A stretch of DNA of 43,985 bases. Origin: a virus. A program made the position numbers and the translations under genes. The notes below the pieces were generated by a model that saw only the letters and a list, made by a program, of their open reading frames with translations, did not search any database and was not told the origin of the DNA. Below are positions 10,128 to 18,030 of the stretch, one piece after another (within the stretch, counting starts at the first letter, position 1; each line of letters opens with the position of its first letter). The stretch covers positions 1 through 43,985 of IMG/VR virus record IMGVR_UViG_3300043406_000109. One strand, written 5' to 3'.

Positions 10128-10556
10128 CTACTTATAACGGCCCGGCACGTCGATCTTGAGAAATCCGTACTCAACGAACAGCCGGACCGGGATTCCCTGC
10201 GCGCGCAACAGTTCGGCGGCGGCGTTGATGTGCGGTTCGTGCCACGCCTTGGCCTTCGTGGTCCACGCATCGACGGCGGCCCGGTAGGCGGGTTTATCAA
10301 ACACTCCGTTGACACGGAACTGGCGGCTCACGGGGCACCGACCCACGGCCTCCAATCGCGCCTTAGACATTTGCGTGTCGATGTGCACGTGGCCCGGGGT
10401 GAAATCAATCCCACCCTTTGAACTGAAACCCATGTACATTCCCTCCAACGCACGAGCAGGATTGCCCGCGGCCTGAAGGATCCCATTGATACGATCGCAG
10501 ACGGCCCGGCCGTCCACGAGATTACTGATCACTTTGCGTTGTGTTTTGGTGTTCAT
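10128..10556 (-). CDS. Hypothetical protein (142 aa) in a self-contained promoter-gene-terminator cassette
   Basis: ATG 10556, TAG at 10128-10130. Bracketed by a TGnTATAAT element upstream and a hairpin plus T-tract downstream. Contains 'KGGIDFTPGHVHIDT'; no family assigned. Confidence 0.7.
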   Translation of the reverse strand: MNTKTQRKVISNLVDGRAVCDRINGILQAAGNPARALEGMYMGFSSKGGIDFTPGHVHIDTQMSKARLEAVGRCPVSRQFRVNGVFDKPAYRAAVDAWTTKAKAWHEPHINAAAELLRAQGIPVRLFVEYGFLKIDVPGRYK

Positions 10557-10565
10557 ACCGGCGCC

Positions 10566-10574
10566 ATTATATCA
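10566..10574 (-). promoter_or_regulatory. Extended -10 promoter element TGATATAAT (minus strand)
   Basis: Reverse complement of 'attatatca' is TGATATAAT, a perfect TGnTATAAT. It ends 9 nt before ATG 10556, which implies a near-leaderless mRNA. It sits in an AT-richer intergenic gap. Confidence 0.55.
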
Positions 10575-10642
10575 AACGCAAAACGACCACACCGCCGGAT
10601 TCGCCGGACCGCTATATGCAAACCGCTGAATGATAGATCGCG

Positions 10643-10666
10643 AAAAAAAACCCTTGACGGGTTTTT
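10643..10666 (-). terminator. Putative intrinsic terminator directly after the RusA-like gene
   Basis: Minus strand reads TGA-AAAACCC-GTCAA-GGGTTTTTTTT: a short stem with an 8-T tract. The stem is weak (3 GC pairs plus A:T pairs). Confidence 0.45.
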
Positions 10667-11076
10667 CAGTCAAGCGGTTCGATCACGATTTCGCACCCCT
10701 CCTCCGCCCGCGTAGGCACCCTCTTTTCTTCAACCCGCAATTCGATCTCGCCGGCCGTGTCGTCACGTAAGAGTCCAGCGTGGCGGAGGCAGTCGATAAA
10801 GTATTTCGGAGCCACGTTGTCCGGGTCACAGAGGTGTCCGCAACGGTAGCTCGTAACGCGGAGGCGAACACGTCTTGGATACGCTGCTTGAGGCGCTGGC
10901 GGGTGAGCCGGTGCACGCCTAGCAGTTGGTTTAACGACGGGACGCGGTGCGGGATCCACAGGCGGAGCACCTCCGGGGCGTTCGTGTGGGGCGTATCCGT
11001 CAAGTAAATGGGCATTCTTTGCGATCGTGTCTTGCGAGGCATAGGGAAAGAGGGCGAAGAAATCGGCGCGGTTCAT
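10666..11076 (-). CDS. rusA: RusA-like Holliday junction resolvase with a Pro-rich N-terminal extension (136 aa)
   Basis: 'CDPDNVAPKYFIDCLRHAGLLRDDTAGEIEL' aligns with the E. coli RusA core '[25 protein letters not shown]' (D.DN..K..D.L...G...DD). Confidence 0.6.
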   Translation of the reverse strand: MNRADFFALFPYASQDTIAKNAHLLDGYAPHERPGGAPPVDPAPRPVVKPTARRAPAHPPAPQAAYPRRVRLRVTSYRCGHLCDPDNVAPKYFIDCLRHAGLLRDDTAGEIELRVEEKRVPTRAEEGCEIVIEPLD

Positions 11077-11444
11077 GGGAGGATCAGAGTCGAACCGTCA
11101 GTGCAACGCCACACCTGTGCGCCTTCAATCTGGCCGATCAAAGTTTTCCGCACGAGTGGAGGCAAGGCCGGATCCCGCGGCGTGCACGCCAGCACGGCGG
11201 CGGCCTGATCACCATGGACGCGCGCGAAGCTGGCGGAGAAATCAATCACCATGGTTTTGCCCGAACGGCCGCGCACGGTGACGGCCGCGGTGGGCACGTT
11301 GCCCGGCTGGCAATTGGCCATCGGCTTGACCGCGATCACCTCGCCACAGACGCGCGCCCGGCCGGGTACCGGTACGAGCATGCCGGCGGATCCGGGTTCG
11401 ACGTAGAACGAAAGCCACCGGCCCATGAGATCCTCCACGTTCAT
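11073..11444 (-). CDS. Hypothetical protein (123 aa)
   Basis: ATG 11444 overlaps the upstream stop (ATGA). In frame with track ORF 11073-11690. The downstream gene start also overlaps (11073-11076). Confidence 0.6.
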   Translation of the reverse strand: MNVEDLMGRWLSFYVEPGSAGMLVPVPGRARVCGEVIAVKPMANCQPGNVPTAAVTVRGRSGKTMVIDFSASFARVHGDQAAAVLACTPRDPALPPLVRKTLIGQIEGAQVWRCTDGSTLILP

Positions 11445-11761
11445 GCGCGCAACTTCACCGCCAGTTCGGCCAGCCAATGATTGAGGGAATAGAAGCGGGC
11501 GACTTCGACGTGGCGGCACAGCGTGTCCAGCCGGTCCCCGTTTGGCCCGGTGGTTTCGTAGGGGATGGGCTTGAAACCGTTCGCCTTCATGTTGGCCCAA
11601 CAGGTGGTTGCCCACCATCGACACGAGCACTCCCCCACGCCTTGGTTGCTGAGTAGGTCCACGGTGTGGAAAGTGTCGGGCGTGGTCCACGATTCGACGT
11701 GATACCGGAACGGCTCGCCGTCAATCGGGGCGCAACGGACCGTGCCATGATCACGGGGCAT
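11441..11761 (-). CDS. SWIM-type zinc-finger protein (106 aa)
   Basis: 'GECSCRWW...(31 aa)...TLCRHVE' fits the CxCxnCxH SWIM signature. The stop overlaps the next start. Confidence 0.55.
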   Translation of the reverse strand: MPRDHGTVRCAPIDGEPFRYHVESWTTPDTFHTVDLLSNQGVGECSCRWWATTCWANMKANGFKPIPYETTGPNGDRLDTLCRHVEVARFYSLNHWLAELAVKLRA

Positions 11762-12138
11762 CAGGCCAAACGCTCCAGCGCCAACAGTTCGTCCAGTCGC
11801 GCCACGGTTTCCTCGCGGGTGAGTTCAAGTTTCAAGTACTTGAAGGCGTAGAACCCGGCCACATAGGGTTTGTACCAATCCGAGTGTTCCAGCACGAACA
11901 CCACGTGGGGATCAACGGTAGCTTGGAAGCGGAGGTGGCACCGCTGGCACAGGGCGAGCAAGTTCCACCACGCGCAGTTCGATTTGTTCCCGTCGGCATG
12001 GTGCACCGTGAGCACGTGCCCAGACTTGAGATCGTTCGCGTGATTGCACCGGATGCAACGCCACCCGGCCGCGGCCTTGACGTCCTGTGCGATCGCTCGC
12101 CAGTGCGGTGGGTACTCCCCGGAAATCGTGAGGCGCAT
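11761..12138 (-). CDS. HNH endonuclease (125 aa)
   Basis: ATG 12138 shares 1 nt with the primase-helicase stop (TGATG). 'CIRCNH..(12 aa)..LTVHHADGNKSNCAWWNLLALCQRCHL' is a classic HNH/zinc-finger core. Confidence 0.8.
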   Translation of the reverse strand: MRLTISGEYPPHWRAIAQDVKAAAGWRCIRCNHANDLKSGHVLTVHHADGNKSNCAWWNLLALCQRCHLRFQATVDPHVVFVLEHSDWYKPYVAGFYAFKYLKLELTREETVARLDELLALERLA

Positions 12139-13988
12139 CAGAAAAATTCCTTTTGTTCCTCGGCCTTCACCACGGGCGGCGTGGCCGGGGCGAGGGTATC
12201 CCGGAAACATCGTGTGTCCGAGTCGAACCACAGTTTCAAGCGGTACACCTTGCCATTGTGGCGTTGCTTGCTGATCACAAGGAGGCCGTCCGGGAGTTGC
12301 TCCGCTTCCTTCAGCTTTGTTTGATCGTCCGCCTCCCGGGCCTTTTCGATCTTCTCGTGTTTTTCCGGGTTGCGCCACAGGGTGAGGATGTTGTCGGGTG
12401 GCTTCGTGATGCCGCCGGATCCTTCGACGTCCATCATGCCCGGAACTTTTTTGGGATCATCCTTCCCGGAATGGCACACGAGGCCCACGTGAATGTTGAG
12501 CAGGCCGGCGAGCTTGTAGAGGGTGAGGGCCACGCGGTCCTGCGCTTCGTAGTCCTCTTTCGACGCCAGATGGTGCAGCGAATCGACAAACGCCCGAGTG
12601 ACGCCAAACCGTTGCGCGGCGTACGTGAGATCGGCCACTAGATCCGGGACGAAATACTTTTCCGGCGGCCGGACGAACCACAGCTTGCCGTTGAGCCAAT
12701 TCATCGCGCTGTTGGCCTCGTCCACCGATGGCGTGTGCCCTGTGAGCATGTGGCAGAGTTCCGCGATCATCTTGGCCGGCTTGATCTCGAACGAACACCC
12801 CAACACCCGGCGGCCGTGGCGCATTTCGTGGAGGTGGGATTGATAGCAGAACGTCGACTTGCCGCCGAACGGGTACCCGGTGAAAAGCGACATTTCCCCG
12901 TCCCGGAACTGGAAAGGCACGCGCGGGAACAGGAACGTGTTCACCTCGTCCGCGTCCCGCTCCCGGCGCATGAGTGCGTGCACATCCTCCCGGAGATCGT
13001 TGACGCCGCACAGGGCCGGCGGATCAAACGTGTACGAGTTTTCCAGCCACGTGGCGGGTTCGAGGTGGTCCGGGTCCACATGCGTGCACAACAGGTGATT
13101 CGAGTCCTTGTACCCGGCCCGGAAGGGCACCCGCCGGCAACGGGCCGGGCCAAGCCGGTTGGCGGCCAGTTTCGCGGCGGCCTCGCCCTCCGGATCCATG
13201 TCCGTGAACAGCAGGATTTGCTCGAACCGCTGAAGCGCGTCGAAATCGTTTTCGATCCACTCCATGTTCTGCGCGCCGGACGGCAGCGACAGCACAGGCA
13301 CGTCCCAATCCGCACCGAGCATTTGCCGCAAGCTCATGGCGTCAATCTCGCCCTCGGTGATCGCGAGGCGCCGGTGATGGGGTTTCACGAGCCACCAACC
13401 CCACAGGGTCCACCACGGCCGCGAACTCCAGATTTCCTTTTTGCCGTTGGCCTTCCGGTGAATGCCCACGGTCTTGATCATTACCGGTTCGCCATCGGGG
13501 GACACGAACCCCCACGCGATCCAGTCGCCCGGCTTGTTCACCTCGCCCGCGCGGGCGTAGCCGCGCACCTTGTAAAGTCGCAACGTGTCTTCCGTGATGC
13601 GGCGTTCGACAAGGTAGGCCATGGCCGGCGTGTCGCGCATGGCGATCACGTCCGCCATGTCCGGCGCCGGTGGCTTTGGTTTCAGCGCCGGGCGGTCGAC
13701 GTGAGTCACGCCCAACCACGAACAGGCCTCGCGGAACGCGGTTTTGAAATCCACGCCCTTGACCGCGGCCCACAGGTCGAACACGTCGCCGGCTCCGCCG
13801 GTGGCAAAGTCTTTCCAGACGCCGCGGCGATCCCCCCGCAGTTCAACCTTGAGGGATTCGCCGGCCTCGCCGGCCGTGGATCCCACGCAAAACTCGTGGC
13901 CCTTGGACTTGCCCGCGGGTAACAGGAAAGCCAACACACCCTCCAGTTGCGTGAGCAACCGGCCCTTGATTGCGGCGGCATCGTGCAT
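12138..13988 (-). CDS. Bifunctional primase-helicase (T7 gp4-like; 616 aa)
   Basis: TOPRIM 'LAITEGEIDAMSL' and 'FTDMDPEGE'. Walker A-like 'TGYPFGGKSTF'. DnaB-type motifs 'HVGLVCHSGKDD' and 'VISKQRHNGK'. Primase-like N-terminus 'GVWKDFATGGAGDVFDLW'. Confidence 0.85.
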   Translation of the reverse strand: MHDAAAIKGRLLTQLEGVLAFLLPAGKSKGHEFCVGSTAGEAGESLKVELRGDRRGVWKDFATGGAGDVFDLWAAVKGVDFKTAFREACSWLGVTHVDRPALKPKPPAPDMADVIAMRDTPAMAYLVERRITEDTLRLYKVRGYARAGEVNKPGDWIAWGFVSPDGEPVMIKTVGIHRKANGKKEIWSSRPWWTLWGWWLVKPHHRRLAITEGEIDAMSLRQMLGADWDVPVLSLPSGAQNMEWIENDFDALQRFEQILLFTDMDPEGEAAAKLAANRLGPARCRRVPFRAGYKDSNHLLCTHVDPDHLEPATWLENSYTFDPPALCGVNDLREDVHALMRRERDADEVNTFLFPRVPFQFRDGEMSLFTGYPFGGKSTFCYQSHLHEMRHGRRVLGCSFEIKPAKMIAELCHMLTGHTPSVDEANSAMNWLNGKLWFVRPPEKYFVPDLVADLTYAAQRFGVTRAFVDSLHHLASKEDYEAQDRVALTLYKLAGLLNIHVGLVCHSGKDDPKKVPGMMDVEGSGGITKPPDNILTLWRNPEKHEKIEKAREADDQTKLKEAEQLPDGLLVISKQRHNGKVYRLKLWFDSDTRCFRDTLAPATPPVVKAEEQKEFF

Positions 13989-13991
13989 GGT

Positions 13992-14279
13992 TCAAACGTC
14001 GATCACTGAAGGATCCACGGGCGGCAGTCGGCGCACCCGGTGGAAAACGTAGCGGTAATGCGTGAAGGGCGGTACGCGGTCAATCGTGTAGCCGTACCCC
14101 AGATCGTGGAGCCGAGTGCAAAAGCGTGTCAGTGCCCGGACCTTCGCAAAGGCTTGCGCTACGCTCGCGCAGTTGTCCGTGAAGCCGGTCGACAACAGAA
14201 ACTCGAACTCGTCCGGGAGACGCGCAATGGCCTCGTCGGTGAGCGTGAACGGGTCAACGGGTACAAGTTCGCCGCTCAT
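13992..14279 (-). CDS. Hypothetical protein (95 aa; start could instead be 14321)
   Basis: ATG 14279 ('MSGELVPVDPF...') is in frame with track ORF 13992-14321. It overlaps the preceding gene by 26 nt. Confidence 0.5.
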   Translation of the reverse strand: MSGELVPVDPFTLTDEAIARLPDEFEFLLSTGFTDNCASVAQAFAKVRALTRFCTRLHDLGYGYTIDRVPPFTHYRYVFHRVRRLPPVDPSVIDV

Positions 14280-14502
14280 ATTTTCGGGCGCGTTCGCGAA
14301 CCATGCCGGACAGCGTGCCACGGATCTTGCGGAGGTGTCCGGGTGGTCCGCCGTGGTAGGTCAGGCGAATCGAACACGCATCAGTCAACCCCGACATGGT
14401 GTACGAGAGTTGGATTGGCGAAGTTTCCTTGCCGTGGACCCAGACGGGATCCGAGTCGCTTCCGTGGGCTTCAAGCCGGCGGATGGCGTCCGCCACACTC
14501 AT
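14254..14502 (-). CDS. Hypothetical protein (82 aa)
   Basis: ATG 14502 ('MSVADAIRRLEAHG...') lies 11 nt after the upstream stop. The track start at 14541 would overlap the glycosyltransferase-like gene. Confidence 0.5.
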   Translation of the reverse strand: MSVADAIRRLEAHGSDSDPVWVHGKETSPIQLSYTMSGLTDACSIRLTYHGGPPGHLRKIRGTLSGMVRERARKYERRTCTR

Positions 14503-14513
14503 GCGCTCACGCT

Positions 14514-15269
14514 TCACGGTACGAATCCGAGGTGTTTCCATTTTTGTTCCCCGTGGAGGTGGGCGATGAAAACGCCCGGGTGCACCGGCCCGAGGTGTTC
14601 CGGCGTCCAGTTGAAAGTTTGCGGGAGATCAATCCCCCCGAGTTTGTGCCACGCGAGCGACCACCCTTTTTGCTCCGCGAACTCGTCGCCCGGGTTGATG
14701 TAATCGGCTTCGCGCATGCCGGTGGCGTACGATCGCAACAGGGCGTTGCGCCGGAACGCCTCCACGGCCGGGAACCACAGGACGCCGGCACAGCGCATGC
14801 GCATGGCGTCCGCGGATGGCACCTTGAACAATCGCGGGTCCACGTCCTGCACCATGCCCACCACGCGCGGTTCGCCGTTCTCATTCCGGAATCGGTGCGT
14901 GATCGCGCGCAATTCTTCCGTCGGGTCACGCTTCAAGAATGCGTCCGTGTCGACCACCAGCAAATCGTCCGACAGGATCCGGAGGGCGGCGGCGATCAGT
15001 GCCCCCTTGCGATCGAACGCGCGGCCGTTGATGTGAGGCCACGCCACCGATGCGGCCGGCGTGGTCTTGCGGTAAGTGAACCGGGCGCGGAGATCCACAT
15101 GGAGGAAGTCCACGCCCGGGGGAATGCGCACCGTGCCGTCCGTCAGCAGCAACACGTGGGCGCCGGTGTCCGCCGCGTGCACGTGGTCCAACCACGCGCC
15201 CAACAGCTTGGGCCAGCGTTCCGCGTGGCGGCCGTGTTCGGGTCCGAAAAACGGTGCGGCAATGATCAC
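14514..15269 (-). CDS. DXD-motif glycosyltransferase-like protein, paralogue B (251 aa, GTG start)
   Basis: GTG 15269 overlaps the upstream TGA (GTGA). 'RAFDRKGALIAAALRILSDDLLVVDTDAFLKRDPT' and 'IAHLHGEQKWKHLG' are paralogous to 24648-25442. A hydrophobic strand followed by DxD suggests a GT-A fold. Confidence 0.6.
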   Translation of the reverse strand: MIIAAPFFGPEHGRHAERWPKLLGAWLDHVHAADTGAHVLLLTDGTVRIPPGVDFLHVDLRARFTYRKTTPAASVAWPHINGRAFDRKGALIAAALRILSDDLLVVDTDAFLKRDPTEELRAITHRFRNENGEPRVVGMVQDVDPRLFKVPSADAMRMRCAGVLWFPAVEAFRRNALLRSYATGMREADYINPGDEFAEQKGWSLAWHKLGGIDLPQTFNWTPEHLGPVHPGVFIAHLHGEQKWKHLGFVP

Positions 15270-15799
15270 TTTTTTTTCCCGGTGGTCTTGCCGCCGATGC
15301 CCGGCAGTTCGTCCCCACCGGCGGGTTCGGTGGGCTGTTTCGGATCCTCCATCGGCAGGATCAACTGTTGCCGCTGGCCGGCGATGTACTTTTCCGTTTC
15401 CTTGATCACGCGTTCGATCTTTTCGGCATCGCCCGGCGTGCACTCCATGCGGCCATCCTCACCGCTGGCCGGTTTCTCGAACCGGAACGACGGCGTGGAC
15501 ATGCGGTGTTCCACCTCCGGGTTGGACAGGGACTTGTCGAACGTGATCACCGCGGATCCCGTCCCGGACTTGGTGAAGCTGAAGGACACGGACAACACCA
15601 CGAGGGTGTCGCTCCAGTCCTTCGGCAGTTCGAGGATGCGCGCGGCCGTGGGCGCAAGTTCCTGCAACGCCTTGTCGAAGGACGCCATTGGCGCCTCGCG
15701 GCATGTGACGTCAACGGATTCCTCCGCCTGATGGCCTTTGCGCGTGATCCGGTATTCGATGAATTTCCGGTCACGGATGATCTTTAGCAGTTTTGGCAT
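15266..15799 (-). CDS. Hypothetical protein (177 aa) ending in an A8-encoded KKK
   Basis: ATG 15799. The C-terminus '...GKTTGKKK' is encoded by GGGAAAAAAAAGTGA. No family recognised. Confidence 0.65.
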   Translation of the reverse strand: MPKLLKIIRDRKFIEYRITRKGHQAEESVDVTCREAPMASFDKALQELAPTAARILELPKDWSDTLVVLSVSFSFTKSGTGSAVITFDKSLSNPEVEHRMSTPSFRFEKPASGEDGRMECTPGDAEKIERVIKETEKYIAGQRQQLILPMEDPKQPTEPAGGDELPGIGGKTTGKKK

Positions 15800-15809
15800 G
15801 TTGGGTTGG

Positions 15810-16538
15810 TTACTTCCGCTCCGTCAGGCCGAACCGTTCGGCCATTCTGGCGCAGATTTGAAGCTGGGTTGAGAGGTGCGCGATCGCTTCCGGCCGCGTG
15901 GCCGGATCATCCCACAATCGCGCGAAGTGCTCGCCGCTGGATTCGTAGGTGCCGAGTCCGAGGAAGGCCCCCACGGTGGCAAGATTCCCGGCCGGTTGCG
16001 GGTATTCACCGGCGGCCCACACCTGACGGAGATCCAGCAACCACGGCGGCCAGTAGAACCGCGAGTGCCCGTTGGGGAGCATGCCGGCCGGGACTTTCAT
16101 CCCGTGGAACATCAGCCGGCGGACGATGAATTGATTGTCGAAATCGTGGTTGTTCCACCCCACGAGCTTGAAGTGGGCGCCTTGTCCGGCCGAGTCAATC
16201 ACCCGGCAGATGACGGCAAGGAGATCCTTTTCCGTGGAGGGTTGGCCGCTCGCGACGTGAATGTGTTGCGGCCCGCTGGCGTTCGAGTCGCCCACAAGAT
16301 CCGCGAGCGTGAGTTTCGTCAGGTTGACCGTGCGCAGGCCGATGGCGAACACCTCACCCGTCAGGGGCGATTTTGCAGCGTTGCCCAACCACGTGCGGCG
16401 TTGGTTCGATTTCGCCTCCGCGATCTTGTCGGGATCCTTGTAGTTCGACGGGGCCTCAAACGTGGGCATCACAGCGCGGAGTTGATCCTCCGGGCGCGGG
16501 CGGGTTTCAATGTCGTAGATGACGAGCGGCTGAATCAT
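15810..16538 (-). CDS. 3'-5' exonuclease related to the PolB exonuclease domain (242 aa)
   Basis: Exo I 'VIYDIETRP' and Exo II 'GWNNHDFDNQFI' (DxE / NxxxFD). Size and motifs fit stand-alone PolB-exo-like proteins (recollection of PF10108). Confidence 0.7.
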   Translation of the reverse strand: MIQPLVIYDIETRPRPEDQLRAVMPTFEAPSNYKDPDKIAEAKSNQRRTWLGNAAKSPLTGEVFAIGLRTVNLTKLTLADLVGDSNASGPQHIHVASGQPSTEKDLLAVICRVIDSAGQGAHFKLVGWNNHDFDNQFIVRRLMFHGMKVPAGMLPNGHSRFYWPPWLLDLRQVWAAGEYPQPAGNLATVGAFLGLGTYESSGEHFARLWDDPATRPEAIAHLSTQLQICARMAERFGLTERK

Positions 16539-16539
16539 A

Positions 16540-16884
16540 TTAACCTTCCTCCCCTTTGTCCGAGTTCTCGAACTCCGTGGGCGTTTGTGCTGGCGGTTCG
16601 TGTGGCGCGATCTCGCCGGCCAGCAAGGCGAGTTCGCGCATGATGCGGCCCGGGACCACGTGGAGATCCCGGCGTTCGCGGAGAGCTTGCAAAACGGCCA
16701 CGGCGAGCCGGTCCAGCGCCGGTCTGAGTCCGGCCAGTGCCACTTTGGGCGCGATGATTCCTTCGGCCACGAGTCGATCCAGAATCACGGCGGCGATCTC
16801 GCGCGTGGCGACGTTGCGGACTTCGGCCGGGCGGCCGGGTTTGCCGCCTTTGTCGATGCGGGTGACGGGACGTTTAGTTGACAT
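16540..16884 (-). CDS. Hypothetical protein (114 aa), basic N-terminus
   Basis: ATG 16884 ('MSTKRPVTRIDKGGKPGRPAE...') overlaps the upstream gene end by 11 nt. Its stop lies 1 nt before the exonuclease ATG. Confidence 0.55.
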   Translation of the reverse strand: MSTKRPVTRIDKGGKPGRPAEVRNVATREIAAVILDRLVAEGIIAPKVALAGLRPALDRLAVAVLQALRERRDLHVVPGRIMRELALLAGEIAPHEPPAQTPTEFENSDKGEEG

Positions 16885-17242
16885 GTGGGTTTGGGTACAA
16901 CTCGGTTTGCACAATGTCGCGGACAAGGATTGCCACGCCTGTGGGGACGTCGTGGCGCAGGATGGTTTCGGCGTCGTGAGCGGCGAGACAGACGGCCACA
17001 TGGGTGGCAAACAGGTCGATGCCGCACACGGCGCACACGTCCGCCGGGCCGCGGCAGCAATGGGCGAACACTGCATCCCACCCGCCGCGCGCCTCCACGG
17101 CCGCGCAGATCACGGCATACTTTGCGGTGTGAAATTGTGGGCGCGGGCCGCCGCGGGGATAGAGTTTGAACACGCGGCGGATGGCGTTGCGTGCCACGGT
17201 CCGCGCTTCCTCCAACGTGATCGGATCGAGTTCCTCGGGCAT
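16874..17242 (-). CDS. Cys-rich hypothetical protein (122 aa)
   Basis: ATG 17242 lies 2 nt after the SSB-like stop. Contains 'FAHCCRGPADVCAVCG'. Confidence 0.55.
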   Translation of the reverse strand: MPEELDPITLEEARTVARNAIRRVFKLYPRGGPRPQFHTAKYAVICAAVEARGGWDAVFAHCCRGPADVCAVCGIDLFATHVAVCLAAHDAETILRHDVPTGVAILVRDIVQTELYPNPHVN

Positions 17243-17244
17243 GG

Positions 17245-18030
17245 TCAAAACGGTACGTCCTCCATGTCGGAAGGGTTGGGGCGGTTGCCGAAGGCCGAAC
17301 CGTCGTGCGTGGGCGGATTCTTGCGGTCCGCGCCCGTGGGAGGTGGCGCCGGCTCCGGTTTCTTTTCCGGTGGGGGCGGCTCCGGGGGTTTGGCCGGGGC
17401 CGGTGCGGCCGTCACGGGCAACAGGTTGCCGTCCTTGTCGAACTTCGCCAGTTGTCCGGCCTCCAAGCGATCACCGGCGCGCATGATCCACGAGGCGGTA
17501 ATCCACACGTCTTGCGCAAATTTCTTGGAAAGCAAATAGGCGGGATCTTCGTCCGCGGAAAAAGTTTGGCCGATCAGATGGCATGCGTTCGTCAGGGCGT
17601 TGCCGATACGCTGGCCCATGGCGCCGGCGCCGTAGGTGTCTTTCGACTTGCCGGCGGGTGGCGCGGAACCACCTCCCGCCGGTGGCGCACTCGAACCACC
17701 GGCCTTGCCCACGGAGTTGATCAGATACCGGCCAAACGCCTTGAACTCCGCCACGTTGTTGTATTCGCCCCGGACGATGGCGCCGGAAATCTTCACGATG
17801 TGGCCTTCAAACGGGAACGCCTTGCGGCCGAAAAATGTCCCGCGCATCGTGATGCCGGGGTTGTCCGGGTCCGACAGCTTGGCCACGAAGAACGGGCCTT
17901 TCTGGCCGCTCTTTTCCTCCACGTGGGAAATCGCCACCGTCAACACGCCGTTGATGAAGTTTTTCCCGCCGTCCTCGTACGGCTGTTCGATGACCTGTGC
18001 CAGTGTGATGGGTGAATTTTTTTCGCTCAC
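17245..18030 (-). CDS. SSB-like protein: OB-like N-domain, Gly/Pro linkers, acidic C-terminal tip (261 aa)
   Basis: GTG 18030 overlaps the upstream TGA. The C-terminus '...PSDMEDVPF' resembles the bacterial SSB tip 'DDDIPF'. Tandem 'GGSSAPPAG/GGSAPPAG' and a Pro-rich tail look like an intrinsically disordered linker. Confidence 0.5.
   Translation of the reverse strand: MSEKNSPITLAQVIEQPYEDGGKNFINGVLTVAISHVEEKSGQKGPFFVAKLSDPDNPGITMRGTFFGRKAFPFEGHIVKISGAIVRGEYNNVAEFKAFGRYLINSVGKAGGSSAPPAGGGSAPPAGKSKDTYGAGAMGQRIGNALTNACHLIGQTFSADEDPAYLLSKKFAQDVWITASWIMRAGDRLEAGQLAKFDKDGNLLPVTAAPAPAKPPEPPPPEKKPEPAPPPTGADRKNPPTHDGSAFGNRPNPSDMEDVPF

Noticed and set aside
10128-10556. Possible M15A-type peptidase (endolysin), based on 'GGIDFTPGHVHIDT'.
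   Set aside because: The upstream 'SxHxxGxAxD' zinc-ligand block is degenerate ('SNLVDGRAVCD': the His is missing and the Asp is shifted). The resemblance rests on one short block, so the ORF stays hypothetical.
14040-15731. Long antisense ORFs opposite real genes. Examples: 14040-15731 (+), 12735-13922 (+), 18012-19520 (+), 16556-17539 (+), 20768-21802 (+), 4564-6519 (-), 8335-9804 (-), 32248-33474 (-), 23391-24374 (-), 25164-26096 (-), 27236-28165 (-), 33825-34697 (-), 37200-38045 (-), 39330-40181 (-).
   Set aside because: Their translations are Arg/Pro/Gly/His-rich low-complexity strings with no motifs. The opposite strand carries recognisable domains (primase-helicase, ATPase, exonuclease, terL, portal, capsid and others). 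Stop-poor shadow frames are expected in GC-rich DNA.
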